Below, in pieces: positions 29,100-38,051 of a stretch of DNA of 64,000 nt (positions within the stretch are counted from its first letter, which is position 1; each line of letters opens with the position of its first letter). Under the pieces are notes generated by a model. That model was not told the origin of the DNA and did no database searches. It saw nothing but the letters and a program-made list of their open reading frames with translations. Origin of the DNA: Actinomycetes bacterium. GTDB lineage: Bacteria; Actinomycetota; Acidimicrobiia; Acidimicrobiales; RAAP-2. Location of the stretch: NCBI GenBank assembly GCA_021799615.1, contig JAJZAC010000001.1:462-64461 (forward strand), written 5' to 3'. A program made the position numbers and the translations under genes.

Positions 29100-30001
29100 G
29101 CCCCGGGCCGGCGGGTCGACCCGTCCTGGTGGCCGGCCGCCGGCCGCCGCGGGTGGTGGCGATCGGCGGCGGTCACGGGCTGGCCGCCACCTTGCGGGCG
29201 GTGCGGCGCTACACCGCCGACGTGACGGCGGTGGTGTCGGTGGCCGACGACGGCGGGTCGTCGGGGCGCCTGCGGGAACTGCTGCAGGTCATGCCGCCGG
29301 GCGACCTGCGCAAGTGCCTGGTGGCCCTGGCCGAGCCGGGTTCACTGCTGGCCCAGGCGTTCGCCCGCCGGTTCGCAGAGGAGGAACTGGCGGGCCACGC
29401 CCTCGGGAACCTGGTGCTGGCCGGCCTGATGGACGCGGCAGGGGACCCGGTAGCCGGACTGGACGAGGCCTGCCGTCTCCTCGGGGTCCAGGGGCGGGTC
29501 CTCCCGGCGACGTCGGAGCCGGTCGTCCTCGAAGCGATCGCCGCCTGCGGTCAGGTGGCCGGCCAGGTGGCGGTCATGGGCACCGATCGCATCCGGCGCG
29601 TGTCGTTGGTCCCCGCCGACGCGGTGGCGCCGGCGCCCGTGGTGGAGGCGATCGCCTCCGCCGACCAGGTGGTGATCGGACCGGGATCGCTGTTCACCAG
29701 CGTGCTGGCCGCCGTGGTCGTGCCGGGTGTGGCCGAGGCCGTCCGCCGTACCCGGGCCCGGACCGTCTACCTGTGCAACCTCCGGCCGCAGGTCCCCGAG
29801 ACCCGGGACTTCACCGTCGCCGACCATGTGGCCATGCTCATCGAGCACGGGATCGAGCCCGACGTGACCGTCTGCGACCCCGGCGGGATCGAGGTGGGCG
29901 CGCCGCCGGCACCGGTGGTGTGCACCCAGCTGGCCCGGCCCAACGGCCAGGCCCACGACCCGGTGCGATTGGCGGAGGTGCTGGCCGATCTGATCGGATG
30001 A
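29096..30001 (+). CDS. yvcK: YvcK/CofD-family gluconeogenesis-factor-like protein (UPF0052)
   Basis: VVAIGGGHGLAATLRAVRRYTADVTAVVSVADDGGSSGRLR, IGPGSLFTSVL. GTGA overlap with the rapZ stop. Confidence 0.85.
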   Translation: MSPGPAGRPVLVAGRRPPRVVAIGGGHGLAATLRAVRRYTADVTAVVSVADDGGSSGRLRELLQVMPPGDLRKCLVALAEPGSLLAQAFARRFAEEELAGHALGNLVLAGLMDAAGDPVAGLDEACRLLGVQGRVLPATSEPVVLEAIAACGQVAGQVAVMGTDRIRRVSLVPADAVAPAPVVEAIASADQVVIGPGSLFTSVLAAVVVPGVAEAVRRTRARTVYLCNLRPQVPETRDFTVADHVAMLIEHGIEPDVTVCDPGGIEVGAPPAPVVCTQLARPNGQAHDPVRLAEVLADLIG

Positions 30002-30084
30002 GCCGTCGGTACCGCCGGTGGCCTAGGTTGGTGCGCCGCCGGGACGGAGCCGGCGGTTCGACGGACGAGCGAGGACGGACCGAC

Positions 30085-31101
30085 ATGACGGTACGCGTGG
30101 GAATCAACGGATTCGGCCGGATCGGGCGGAACTACCTGCGGGCGGTGCGGGCGGCCGGTGCCGACATCGAGATCGTGGCGGTCAACGACCTCACGTCGGC
30201 GGCCACCCTGGCCCACCTGTTGCGATTCGACTCGACGCACGGTCGGCTCGACGCCGAGGTCACGGTGACGGATTCGGGCATCACCGTGGGGGGTGCACCG
30301 GTGACCGTGCTGGCCGAGCGGGACCCGGCCGCACTTCCGTGGGGTGAGCTGGGCGTGGACGTCGTCATCGAGTCCACCGGCCTGTTCACCTCGCGCGACA
30401 AGGCCGCCGTCCACCTCGCCGCCGGTGCGGCGCGGGTCATCGTATCGGCCCCCGCCAGCGGGGCCGACGCCACCTTCGTGGTGGGTGTGAACGACGGCGA
30501 CTTCGATCCCGAGCGCCACCTGGTGGTGTCCAACGCCTCGTGCACCACCAACTGCTTCGTGCCCCTGGTCAAGGTGGTCGACGACGCCTTCGGCATCGAT
30601 GCCGGGCTGATGACGACGGTGCATGCCTTCACCAACGACCAGAACCTGCTGGACCTGCCGCACAAGGACCTCCGGCGGGCCCGCTCGGCACCGGTCAACA
30701 TCGTCCCGGCGTCGACCGGTGCGGCCAGGGCCACCGGCATCGTGCTCGAGGCCATGCAGGGCCGGCTGGACGGCGCGGCGCTGCGGGTCCCGGTGGCCGA
30801 CGGGTCCATCACCGACTTCACCGCCCTGGTCCCGGGGACGGTCTCCGTCGACCAGGTGAACGCGGCGTTCGCCGCCGCCGCCGCCGACGGGCCGCTGTCG
30901 AAGGTGCTCGTCTACAGCGAGGACCCGCTGGTCTCCACCGACATCGTCGGCAGCTCGGCGTCGTGCACGTTCGACTCGGGGCTGACCATGGTCATGCCCA
31001 CCTCGAGCGGCGGCACGCTGGTGAAGGTCCAGGGGTGGTACGACAACGAGTGGGGCTACTCGTGCCGGCTCGTCGACCTCACCCTGGTCGTCGGCGGCTG
31101 A
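30085..31101 (+). CDS. gap: Glyceraldehyde-3-phosphate dehydrogenase
   Basis: MTVRVGINGFGRIGRN and the active site SNASCTTNC. Confidence 0.95.
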   Translation: MTVRVGINGFGRIGRNYLRAVRAAGADIEIVAVNDLTSAATLAHLLRFDSTHGRLDAEVTVTDSGITVGGAPVTVLAERDPAALPWGELGVDVVIESTGLFTSRDKAAVHLAAGAARVIVSAPASGADATFVVGVNDGDFDPERHLVVSNASCTTNCFVPLVKVVDDAFGIDAGLMTTVHAFTNDQNLLDLPHKDLRRARSAPVNIVPASTGAARATGIVLEAMQGRLDGAALRVPVADGSITDFTALVPGTVSVDQVNAAFAAAAADGPLSKVLVYSEDPLVSTDIVGSSASCTFDSGLTMVMPTSSGGTLVKVQGWYDNEWGYSCRLVDLTLVVGG

Positions 31102-31129
31102 TCCGGCGTCCGGGCGATCGGGAGGGACG

Positions 31130-32326
31130 ATGGAGGGAGCGCCAGCGAACCCCTTGCTCGAGGGCCTGCCCGGCCTCGACGACCTGCCGGACCTCGACGG
31201 TGCCAGCGTCCTCGTCCGGGTCGACTTCAACGTGCCGTTGCGGGCCGGTCCCGACGGCGCCTGGGAGGTGGCCGACGACTTCCGCATCCGGGCCGCCCTG
31301 CCCACCCTGGCCCACCTGACCGACCGTGGAGCGGCCGTCACCGCCTGCACCCATCTCGGACGTCCCACGGGCGCACCCGATCCCCGCTGGGACGTGGCTC
31401 CCGTCCGCCGCCGCCTGGCCGAGCTGGCGCCGGGCGTCACGCTCCTGGACAACCTCCGCTTCGACCCGGGTGAGACCGCGGACGATCCCGCGTTCGTGGC
31501 CCGCCTGGTGGACGGGCACGACGCCTACGTGAACGACGCCTTCGGCGTGTCCCACCGCGCCCATGCCTCGGTGGTGGGCCCGCCCCGCACGCTCCCGTCG
31601 GCGGCCGGGATCCTGCTCCGCCGTGAGATCGAGGTGCTCGGATCGCTGCTCGGCCAGCCGGCGCGGCCCTTCGTGGCCGTGGTCGGAGGGGCCAAGGTGG
31701 CCGACAAGCTGGGCGTGGTGGCCTCCCTGCTGGAGCACGTGGACGCCCTCGTCGTCGGGGGCGGCATGGCGTTCACCTTCCTGGCCGCCGCCGGGCACGA
31801 CGTGGGAACGTCCCTGGTCGACGGGGACCGGCTGGAGGAGTGCGCCCGGCTGCTGTCGCTGGGGAAGCGGATCCTGCTGCCGTCCGACGTCGTGACCCTC
31901 CCCACCGGCCTGCCGTTCGGCCCGGGCTGCGAAGACGCCGGCGACGCCGAGGTCTCCGTGGTCGGCCAGGACGTGCCCGACGGCCGGTGCGGGCTCGACA
32001 TCGGCCCGGCCACCGCGGCCGCCTACGCGGCGGAGATCGCCGGGGCGGCCACCGTGCTGTGGAACGGTCCCATGGGGGTGTTCGAGGACGAGCGGTTCGC
32101 CTCGGGGACGCGGGCGGTGGCGGAGGCGGTGGCCGCCTGCCCGGGCTTCACCGTGGTCGGCGGTGGCGACAGTGCCCGGGCGGTCGACGAGCTGGGGCTG
32201 GACGACCGTATCGACTTCGTGTCCACCGGCGGCGGCGCGTCGCTGGAGCTGCTCGAGCACGGCGACCTACCGGGGCTGGTGGCGCTGCGATCGGCGCCCA
32301 ACGCACCGTCACGGCGGGGCAGGTAG
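31130..32326 (+). CDS. pgk: Phosphoglycerate kinase
   Basis: VLVRVDFNVPL, AVVGGAKVADKLGV, VVGGGDSA. Confidence 0.95.
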   Translation: MEGAPANPLLEGLPGLDDLPDLDGASVLVRVDFNVPLRAGPDGAWEVADDFRIRAALPTLAHLTDRGAAVTACTHLGRPTGAPDPRWDVAPVRRRLAELAPGVTLLDNLRFDPGETADDPAFVARLVDGHDAYVNDAFGVSHRAHASVVGPPRTLPSAAGILLRREIEVLGSLLGQPARPFVAVVGGAKVADKLGVVASLLEHVDALVVGGGMAFTFLAAAGHDVGTSLVDGDRLEECARLLSLGKRILLPSDVVTLPTGLPFGPGCEDAGDAEVSVVGQDVPDGRCGLDIGPATAAAYAAEIAGAATVLWNGPMGVFEDERFASGTRAVAEAVAACPGFTVVGGGDSARAVDELGLDDRIDFVSTGGGASLELLEHGDLPGLVALRSAPNAPSRRGR

Positions 32327-32335
32327 GTCCCGGAC

Positions 32336-33115
32336 ATGGTACGACGCCGGTTGGTCAGCGGTAACTGGAAGATGAACCTGGACCATCTCCAGGCCATCCA
32401 CCTGGTGCAGGATCTCGGCCTGCGGCTGTCGGACGGGGACGTGGTCGGCCTCGACGTCTCGGTGCACCCACCCTTCACCGACCTCCGCTCGGTGCAGTCG
32501 GTGGTGGAGGAGCGCCGGATCCCCGTCTTCCTCGGGGCCCAGGACTGTTCGTCGGAGGACGCCGGCGCCTACACCGGCGAGGTCAGCCCGGTGATGCTGG
32601 CCCGCCTGCACGTCACCTACGTGATCGCCGGCCACTCGGAGCGGCGGCGGCTGTTCGGCGAGACCGACGGCGTCGTGGCGGCCAAGCTCCGGGCCATCGT
32701 GCGCAACGGCATGACGCCCATCTGCTGTGTGGGGGAGACGGCGGAGGAGCGCGACGCGGGCACGGCACGCGACCGGCTGGTGACCCAGGTGTCCTCGGCG
32801 GTGTCGGCGCTCGTCCCGGAGCAGGTCGCCGGTATGGCCATCGCCTACGAGCCGGTATGGGCCATCGGGACCGGGAGCGCTGCCACGCCGGGTGACGCGC
32901 AGGAGGCCTGCGCCTGGGTGCGAGAGGCCGTCGGCGAGGTGGCCGGCGCCGAGGCCGCCGACGGCGTGCGCGTCCTCTACGGTGGTTCGGTGACTCCCGA
33001 CAACACGGCCGAACTGGTCGGGCAGCCCGACGTGGACGGCGTCCTGGTGGGCGGGGCAAGCCTGGAGGCGCCCTCGTTCGTGGGCATCGTGCGCGCCGCG
33101 AACGGGGCACGGTGA
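32336..33115 (+). CDS. tpiA: Triosephosphate isomerase
   Basis: LVSGNWKMN, VIAGHSERR, IAYEPVWAIGTG. Confidence 0.95.
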   Translation: MVRRRLVSGNWKMNLDHLQAIHLVQDLGLRLSDGDVVGLDVSVHPPFTDLRSVQSVVEERRIPVFLGAQDCSSEDAGAYTGEVSPVMLARLHVTYVIAGHSERRRLFGETDGVVAAKLRAIVRNGMTPICCVGETAEERDAGTARDRLVTQVSSAVSALVPEQVAGMAIAYEPVWAIGTGSAATPGDAQEACAWVREAVGEVAGAEAADGVRVLYGGSVTPDNTAELVGQPDVDGVLVGGASLEAPSFVGIVRAANGAR

Positions 33116-33169
33116 GGGTTTGCTAGCGTACCGGACGGTCCGGATCCGGGTCCGAAGGAGGCATCCTCG

Positions 33170-33400
33170 GTGCTGACCGCCGCTATCGTCGTCATACAGG
33201 TGCTCGCCTCGCTGGGTCTGGTGTTCCTGATCCTCATGCACAGCGGTAAGGGCGGGGGACTCTCCGACATGTTCGGAGGTTCTGTCGGCGCGGCCGCTGC
33301 CGGGTCCACCGCCGTCGAGAAGAACCTCGACCGCATCACGGTGACGGTCGCCATCGTCTTCGCCCTCACCAACATCATCCTCGTGCTCCGGGTGCGGTGA
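33170..33400 (+). CDS. secG: Preprotein translocase subunit SecG
   Basis: 76 aa with two TM segments. LILMHSGKGGGLSDMFGG is the SecG signature. Conserved position after tpiA. Confidence 0.9.
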   Translation: MLTAAIVVIQVLASLGLVFLILMHSGKGGGLSDMFGGSVGAAAAGSTAVEKNLDRITVTVAIVFALTNIILVLRVR

Positions 33401-35211
33401 GCGCAGCCGGCACCCCGGATGGGGGCCGGCCCCGGTCTCGTACCCGACGCATCGAGGAGGCATGGGCCTCGCACCGGGCGCGATGGACCCTGCCGCTGGT
33501 GATCATCGTGGTCATCATGGTGGTGGTCGTGATCGACCACGTGAGCGCCCGGCGGATCTCGGTGGTGGAGGCGCCGGCGGTGCCGGCACCCGTGCCGGCG
33601 ACCGGCGGGACGGCGTCGGTGTCCCTGGCCGAACCGTGGGACGGCTTCAATCCCGGCGACGTGGCCGGCGCCACGTCATCGACACCCGAGCTCCTGGCCC
33701 CGGTGCTGCCGAGCGCCTTCGTGGTCGGACCGACGGGGCTGCCGGTGCTGAACAGCGACCTGCTGACCAGCGTGGAGCTCACCCAGTCGTCGCCACAGAC
33801 CATCCAGTACCGGCTGAACCCCTCCGCCGTGTGGTCGGACGGGGTCCCGGTGAGCGCGTCCGACTTCGTCTACGCCTGGCAGAGCCAGCGAGGCGGTGGC
33901 CACGACCCCGGCGGTGCGCCGACGTCGGCGTCGTCGACGGTGGGGTACCGGGACATCGCGTCGGTGACGCCCACGCCGGGCACCGACGGCGTCACCGTGG
34001 TGTTCGCACGACCGTTCGCCGACTGGCGGATGCTCTTCTCCGAGATGCTGCCTGCCCACGTGGCCGAGCGGGTCGGCTTCGACCACGGGTTCGCCACCTT
34101 CTCGACCGGGACGGTCCTGTCGGCCGGGCCGTACCTGCTGCGGTCGGCCACGACGGGAACGGCGGAGACGGCGGTGCTGGTGCGGAACCCGCACTGGTGG
34201 GGCAAGCCCGGCGCCCTCGACCAGGTGGACGTCGCGGTGGGCACGGACACGGCCTGGCTCGCCGCCCTGCGGGCCGGCGGCCACGTGGCCGTGGAACAGG
34301 CCGGCTTCACCCTGGCCGACCTGAACGCGGTGAGCTCCCTGGCGTCCGTCACCAGTGCCCTCGACGCGTCGGCAACGTCCTACGAGCTGGCCTTCGACGT
34401 GACGTCACCGGTGACGTCGTCACTCGACGTCCGTCAGGGCCTGGCCCACCTGATCGACCGCAAGGCGCTCCTCGCCGCTGTGTTCGGGACCATCGCCCCG
34501 CGGTTGGGCGTGGACGACGACCACCTGGCGGGGGCGGCGATGCCCGGCTATGCGGCGGCGCCTGAGGCCGCCGCCTACGCCACGGCCGATCCGGCGGTGG
34601 CGCAACGGCTGCTGACCGCGGCCGGCTACACCCGCGTGGGGTCGGCCGGTCCCGAGCTCGACGACGCCGGCCGGCCCCTGGCCGTCCGCCTGGCCGTGGA
34701 GGAGGGGACGCCGTGGGTGGACCAGGTCGCCTCGTTGGTCGCTGCCGAGTGGCGGGCGGCCGGGATCGGCGTGACGGTGGTCCCGGTGGCCGGGCAGTCC
34801 GGCATGGCGGCGGCCGCCGCAGCCCACCGTTACGACGTCGCCCTCGTGGCCCGCACCGGGACGACCTACCCGTCGCTCACGGCCGGCTGGTACACCCTGG
34901 GCCTGGGCGACCCGGGGGTCCGGGGATCGACCGACTGGAGCCGGTTCGACGACCCGACGGTCGACCAGCTGTTCACCCAGGCGGCCACCGTGCTCAACCC
35001 GGTCAAGAGCGCACCGGTCTACGGCCAGATCGACAGCGACCTGTGGCAGCAGATGGTCGGGCTGCCGCTCTTCGGCACGCCCGTGCTGGTGGCGTCGGAC
35101 GTGTCCCTCGGCAACGTCGTGGCCGACACCTGGCCGCCCGGCCTGCTGTGGAACCTCGCCTCGTGGACCCGTCTGGTGCCGAAGCCGGCGGGGACGCAGA
35201 CCTCGGGATGA
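33397..35211 (+). CDS. Membrane-anchored extracellular solute-binding protein, family 5 (peptide/nickel SBP-like), orphan
   Basis: 604 aa with an N-terminal TM anchor (WTLPLVIIVVIMVVVVI). The body (QYRLNPSAVWSDGVPVSASDFVYAWQ, LVRNPHWWG) resembles SBP_bac_5. GTGA overlap with the secG stop. No permease or ATPase genes adjacent. Confidence 0.65.
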   Translation: MSAAGTPDGGRPRSRTRRIEEAWASHRARWTLPLVIIVVIMVVVVIDHVSARRISVVEAPAVPAPVPATGGTASVSLAEPWDGFNPGDVAGATSSTPELLAPVLPSAFVVGPTGLPVLNSDLLTSVELTQSSPQTIQYRLNPSAVWSDGVPVSASDFVYAWQSQRGGGHDPGGAPTSASSTVGYRDIASVTPTPGTDGVTVVFARPFADWRMLFSEMLPAHVAERVGFDHGFATFSTGTVLSAGPYLLRSATTGTAETAVLVRNPHWWGKPGALDQVDVAVGTDTAWLAALRAGGHVAVEQAGFTLADLNAVSSLASVTSALDASATSYELAFDVTSPVTSSLDVRQGLAHLIDRKALLAAVFGTIAPRLGVDDDHLAGAAMPGYAAAPEAAAYATADPAVAQRLLTAAGYTRVGSAGPELDDAGRPLAVRLAVEEGTPWVDQVASLVAAEWRAAGIGVTVVPVAGQSGMAAAAAAHRYDVALVARTGTTYPSLTAGWYTLGLGDPGVRGSTDWSRFDDPTVDQLFTQAATVLNPVKSAPVYGQIDSDLWQQMVGLPLFGTPVLVASDVSLGNVVADTWPPGLLWNLASWTRLVPKPAGTQTSG

Positions 35212-35296
35212 CGGGCCGGCGACCGTACCGGCCGTGACCGGGAGCGCCGGTGCCTGCGCTACCATGCGAAACGCTCCGGGCGACCGGGGCCCACTC

Positions 35297-35380
35297 GTCG
35301 GAGTGGCGGAATAGGCAGACGCGCCAGCTTGAGGGGCTGGTGCCCGAAAGGGCGTGGGGGTTCAAGTCCCCCCTCCGACA
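35297..35380 (+). tRNA. tRNA-Leu (anticodon GAG), long variable arm, CCA not encoded
   Basis: Acceptor GTCGGAG/CTCCGAC plus discriminator A. Anticodon stem CCAGC/GCTGG with loop TTGAGGG. Variable arm GTGCCCGAAAGGGCGT. T-arm GGGGG-TTCAAGT-CCCCC. Confidence 0.9.
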
Positions 35381-35494
35381 CGTACGCTGCGTGGTTGCAT
35401 GACTACGTGCGCCGCTTGAGCGGGTTCGCCCGTTGGCATAGAAGGCTGAGCGCGGGCGCGCTCTCTGGCGTCGGAGTTTGCTCGGGGCCGCTGC

Positions 35495-35788
35495 TCAGGC
35501 GGCCGGGACAACCCTGCGGAGGTCCCTCTCGGCGATCTCGACAGCCTCGGGGATGGTCACCGTGATCTTCCGTCCGGCGTCGAGGTCCTGGCGGACCCCG
35601 ACCATGGTGATCCCGACGAGGTGGTGCTGGGCATCGAAGCGGAGGTGGTGGCCTTCGGGTGACTCGTCGAAGTCCACGGCCGATGCCGGGTCGCCGACGT
35701 GCAGGTACAGGACGTCTGCGTCCGCGTCGTAGTTGACACGGTCGAAGGTGATGCCGCCGATGGTCATGCCTGGGTGGTCGGTGCTCAT
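35495..35788 (-). CDS. DUF2283-family small protein (putative antitoxin-like partner)
   Basis: 97 aa. ITFDRVNYDADADVLYLHVGDP...EGHHLRFDAQHHLVGITMVG matches the YuzE/DUF2283 pattern (xYDxExDxLYI). ATGA overlap with the upstream gene. Confidence 0.65.
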   Translation of the reverse strand: MSTDHPGMTIGGITFDRVNYDADADVLYLHVGDPASAVDFDESPEGHHLRFDAQHHLVGITMVGVRQDLDAGRKITVTIPEAVEIAERDLRRVVPAA

Positions 35789-36063
35789 GGGAATCGTCGC
35801 CTCGCGAACGCTGTCACGATCGTTCCTCGATCTCCGGTCCAGTGTACGACGACCTTGATGAATCGACTCGGACCGCCTGGCCCGTAGGACCAGGTCTCGT
35901 GTTGCCTGCGGCCGGGGAGGTGCCGCGCCGGTGCGGTGACGGCCGCCAACACCGCGTCTCGGTGGATGGCGAGCTCTGGATGGCCGCCTACGATGTGACG
36001 CCAGCGCTCGGCCGTGAGGATGACGGTCCGTCCGTCCGGCGCACGCAGTTCGACGTCGGCCAT
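35785..36063 (-). CDS. Small toxin-like protein (DUF4258 / Barnase-EndoU-ColicinE5/D-RelE-like type; assignment tentative)
   Basis: 92 aa. The pattern GRTVILTAERWRHIVGGHPEL ... FIKVVVHWTGDRGTIVTAFARRRFP recurs in small proteins that pair with DUF2283 genes. Translationally coupled (ATGA) to the DUF2283 gene. Confidence 0.5.
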   Translation of the reverse strand: MADVELRAPDGRTVILTAERWRHIVGGHPELAIHRDAVLAAVTAPARHLPGRRQHETWSYGPGGPSRFIKVVVHWTGDRGTIVTAFARRRFP

Positions 36064-36459
36064 GTGCGGGAAGATATCGAGGGGCTGTGCCGGCGACCCG
36101 GATCGGCGCCGACGTCACGGCCCAGGTGAGGGACCGACGGACTTGCGGGCACGCCAGGCCCGTAGTCGCCAATCTGCGACTGGTGACGAGGGTCCTCCGA
36201 AACTGACGTTCGCCCACGTGCTTGCCGCTCGGCGCGCCCGAAGCCGGGCCGGTGCTTGGCCGTGGGCCCCACGACAGCGGGCCGCTGGCGTCTGGCCCCA
36301 GATGCGACACGACGGTCACCACCCGGCCCCTACGTGTCAGGTGTGAGTGAGACGCCCGCTACGACGAACGATCCCTCGTAGGGCGAGAACGGATCACCGG
36401 ATTGATGGCAGTTCCGACTGCAGCCCTGGACGGACGTGCCCACAATGGGGACGTGCCCG

Positions 36460-36827
36460 AGATCGACCCGGCCGCCTGGCCCCACCGGCGGAGGTTCTCC
36501 GCCGAGTACAAGGCGAAGATCCTGGCCGAGTACGCGGCGGCCGCCCGGTGGCGAGAAGGGGTTGGTCCTCCGCCGAGAGGGCCTCTACTCCTCGCAGATC
36601 ACCGAGGGGCGAGAGATGTCGGCGTCCGGAGCGGCCTCGAGCCGGGGAGCCGCACGCCCAAGCGGAGCGCCGCCGAGGTGGAGCTGGAGAAGCTGAAGGC
36701 GAAGCACCGATGCACTGAGGCCGAGCTGGCCCGGACACGACTGGCGCTCGACATCAGGGGAACAGCTTCCGCGCAATTGGAGTCGTTGTCCGAGCGCGCG
36801 GACATGGACAAGCAGTCGCCGGCGTGA
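36460..36827 (+). pseudogene. IS3-family transposase OrfA remnant with two compensating frameshifts; no OrfB (DDE) part
   Basis: Frame 1 reads RRRFSAEYKAKILAEYAAA. Frame 2 reads GEKGLVLRREGLYSSQITE. Back in frame 1: ARDVGVRSGLEPGSRTPKRSAAEVELEKLKAKHRCTEAELARTRLALDIRGTASAQLESLSERADMD. Together these reconstruct a typical IS3 OrfA (helix-turn-helix plus leucine zipper). Confidence 0.7.
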
Positions 36828-37134
36828 CCGGCCGTGGCCGGCCGGCGCTTCACCCGTGACGCGGTGGTGGCTTCACGTCTCGGGACCGACCACTGGCGGG
36901 AGGTGGAGGCGCTGGCCACCTCGGCGCTGCGCTCCGAGCGACGCGACCTGGCCGTCGAGGTGTTCCAGGCGGCAGATCGGCCGGGCCGGCACCAGCAGCG
37001 GCTGCGGGAGCGCGGCACGTCGCGCACCGGCATGGTCATCGGCAACGCCGGGCGCGGCCGCCCCTCGCTCAGGGTCGTCCCGAGGTCGTCGAGCGGCCTT
37101 GCCCAGAGATGACGTTGCCACGAGGTACGGCCAA

Positions 37135-37719
37135 TCAGGCGCTCGCACGAAGCGTCCCGTACATCAGCCGGGCGATCACTTCCTCGGCGACTGGCGTGAA
37201 GTTCCAGACATCCACGCCGACGTTGACCATGCGTCCTTGCTGGCGCCACTTCTCGTGGACGTGCCCGTGGAGCAGCCACATCCCTTCGTCGATCGGCCTA
37301 AACCTGGCGTAGCGCTCGGTCTCGCCGCTGTCGCCACGGTAAGGGAGGTGGCAGACGAGGACCTCCCGGTTGCCGACGGTCACCGCAAGCGGTCCCTGGC
37401 GAATCTCGTCGAACCCGGCGTCGAGGTACTCCTGCTCCAGGCGCAGGGCCCGTTGCCCATGTCCGTACCAGCATCGGTCGTGGTTCCCCGGGTACAGGAT
37501 CTTGTGCCCGGCGAGACGACCGATGAGTGGCATCGACTCCTCCCACCGTCCCAGTGCGACGTCGCCGAGGACGTGGACGATGTCGTGCGGGCCGACGACG
37601 GCGTTCCAGTTCGCGACGAGCACGGCGTTCATCTCGCCGGCGCTGTGGAACGGCCGGCCGCAGTACCCGATGATGTTCTGGTGACCGAAGTGCTGGTCTG
37701 CGGTGAAGTAGGTGGTCAT
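37135..37719 (-). CDS. Calcineurin-like metallophosphoesterase
   Basis: MTTYFTADQHFGHQNII, HVLGDVA, YPGNHD, LLHGHVHE: the complete D-x-H / GD / GNH(D/E) / H / GH motif set. Confidence 0.85.
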   Translation of the reverse strand: MTTYFTADQHFGHQNIIGYCGRPFHSAGEMNAVLVANWNAVVGPHDIVHVLGDVALGRWEESMPLIGRLAGHKILYPGNHDRCWYGHGQRALRLEQEYLDAGFDEIRQGPLAVTVGNREVLVCHLPYRGDSGETERYARFRPIDEGMWLLHGHVHEKWRQQGRMVNVGVDVWNFTPVAEEVIARLMYGTLRASA

Positions 37720-37773
37720 GGGCCCGTGTTCGCGGGAGCTGGATCAGGCGTGGGCGAATCTCGACGGGAGGGA

Positions 37774-37804
37774 GTAGACGCAATAGTCTACCTGGCAGTA
37801 GACT
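37774..37804. promoter_or_regulatory. Three GTAGAC/GTCTAC half-sites forming two overlapping palindromes just upstream of the mazE-like start
   Basis: GTAGAC (37774-79), GTCTAC (37786-91), GTAGAC (37798-803). AGTCTAC-ctggca-GTAGACT is a perfect 7-bp-arm inverted repeat ending 8 nt before GTG 37812. Confidence 0.55.
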
Positions 37805-37811
37805 GGCCACG

Positions 37812-38051
37812 GTGAGCACCACGATCCGCGTAAGCGAGGAGACGCGGAGCCGCTTCGCTGAGCTGGCCAAGGCGACGGGCAGACCGATGACGGAGCTGCT
37901 CGACGACGCGGCGGATGCCCTCGAGCGCCGTGTCTTCTTCGATCGTTTCGCAGCTCGCTACGCGGAGCTTCGTCACGATGCCGATGCGTGGGAGGAGATC
38001 CAGGCTGAGCGGGCAGAGGAAGGCAGCTCGCTGTCCGACCATTCGGCGTGA
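37812..38051 (+). CDS. Ribbon-helix-helix (CopG/MazE-like) antitoxin
   Basis: 79 aa. MSTTIRVSEETRSRFAELAKATGRPMTELLDDAADALE is a typical ribbon-helix-helix N-terminus. 4-nt overlap with the toxin gene. Confidence 0.75.
   Translation: MSTTIRVSEETRSRFAELAKATGRPMTELLDDAADALERRVFFDRFAARYAELRHDADAWEEIQAERAEEGSSLSDHSA

Noticed and set aside
28999-31101. 700-aa ORF examined as a possible whiA-gap fusion
   Set aside because: The N-terminal 360 aa are a frame shadow of yvcK (poly-Arg/Gly) and contain no LAGLIDADG or HTH WhiA features. gap starts cleanly at ATG 30085.
36834-37112. 92-aa ORF between the IS3 relic and the phosphoesterase
   Set aside because: No recognisable domain, no IS3 OrfB motifs and no clear RBS. 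Cannot be distinguished from a chance open frame.
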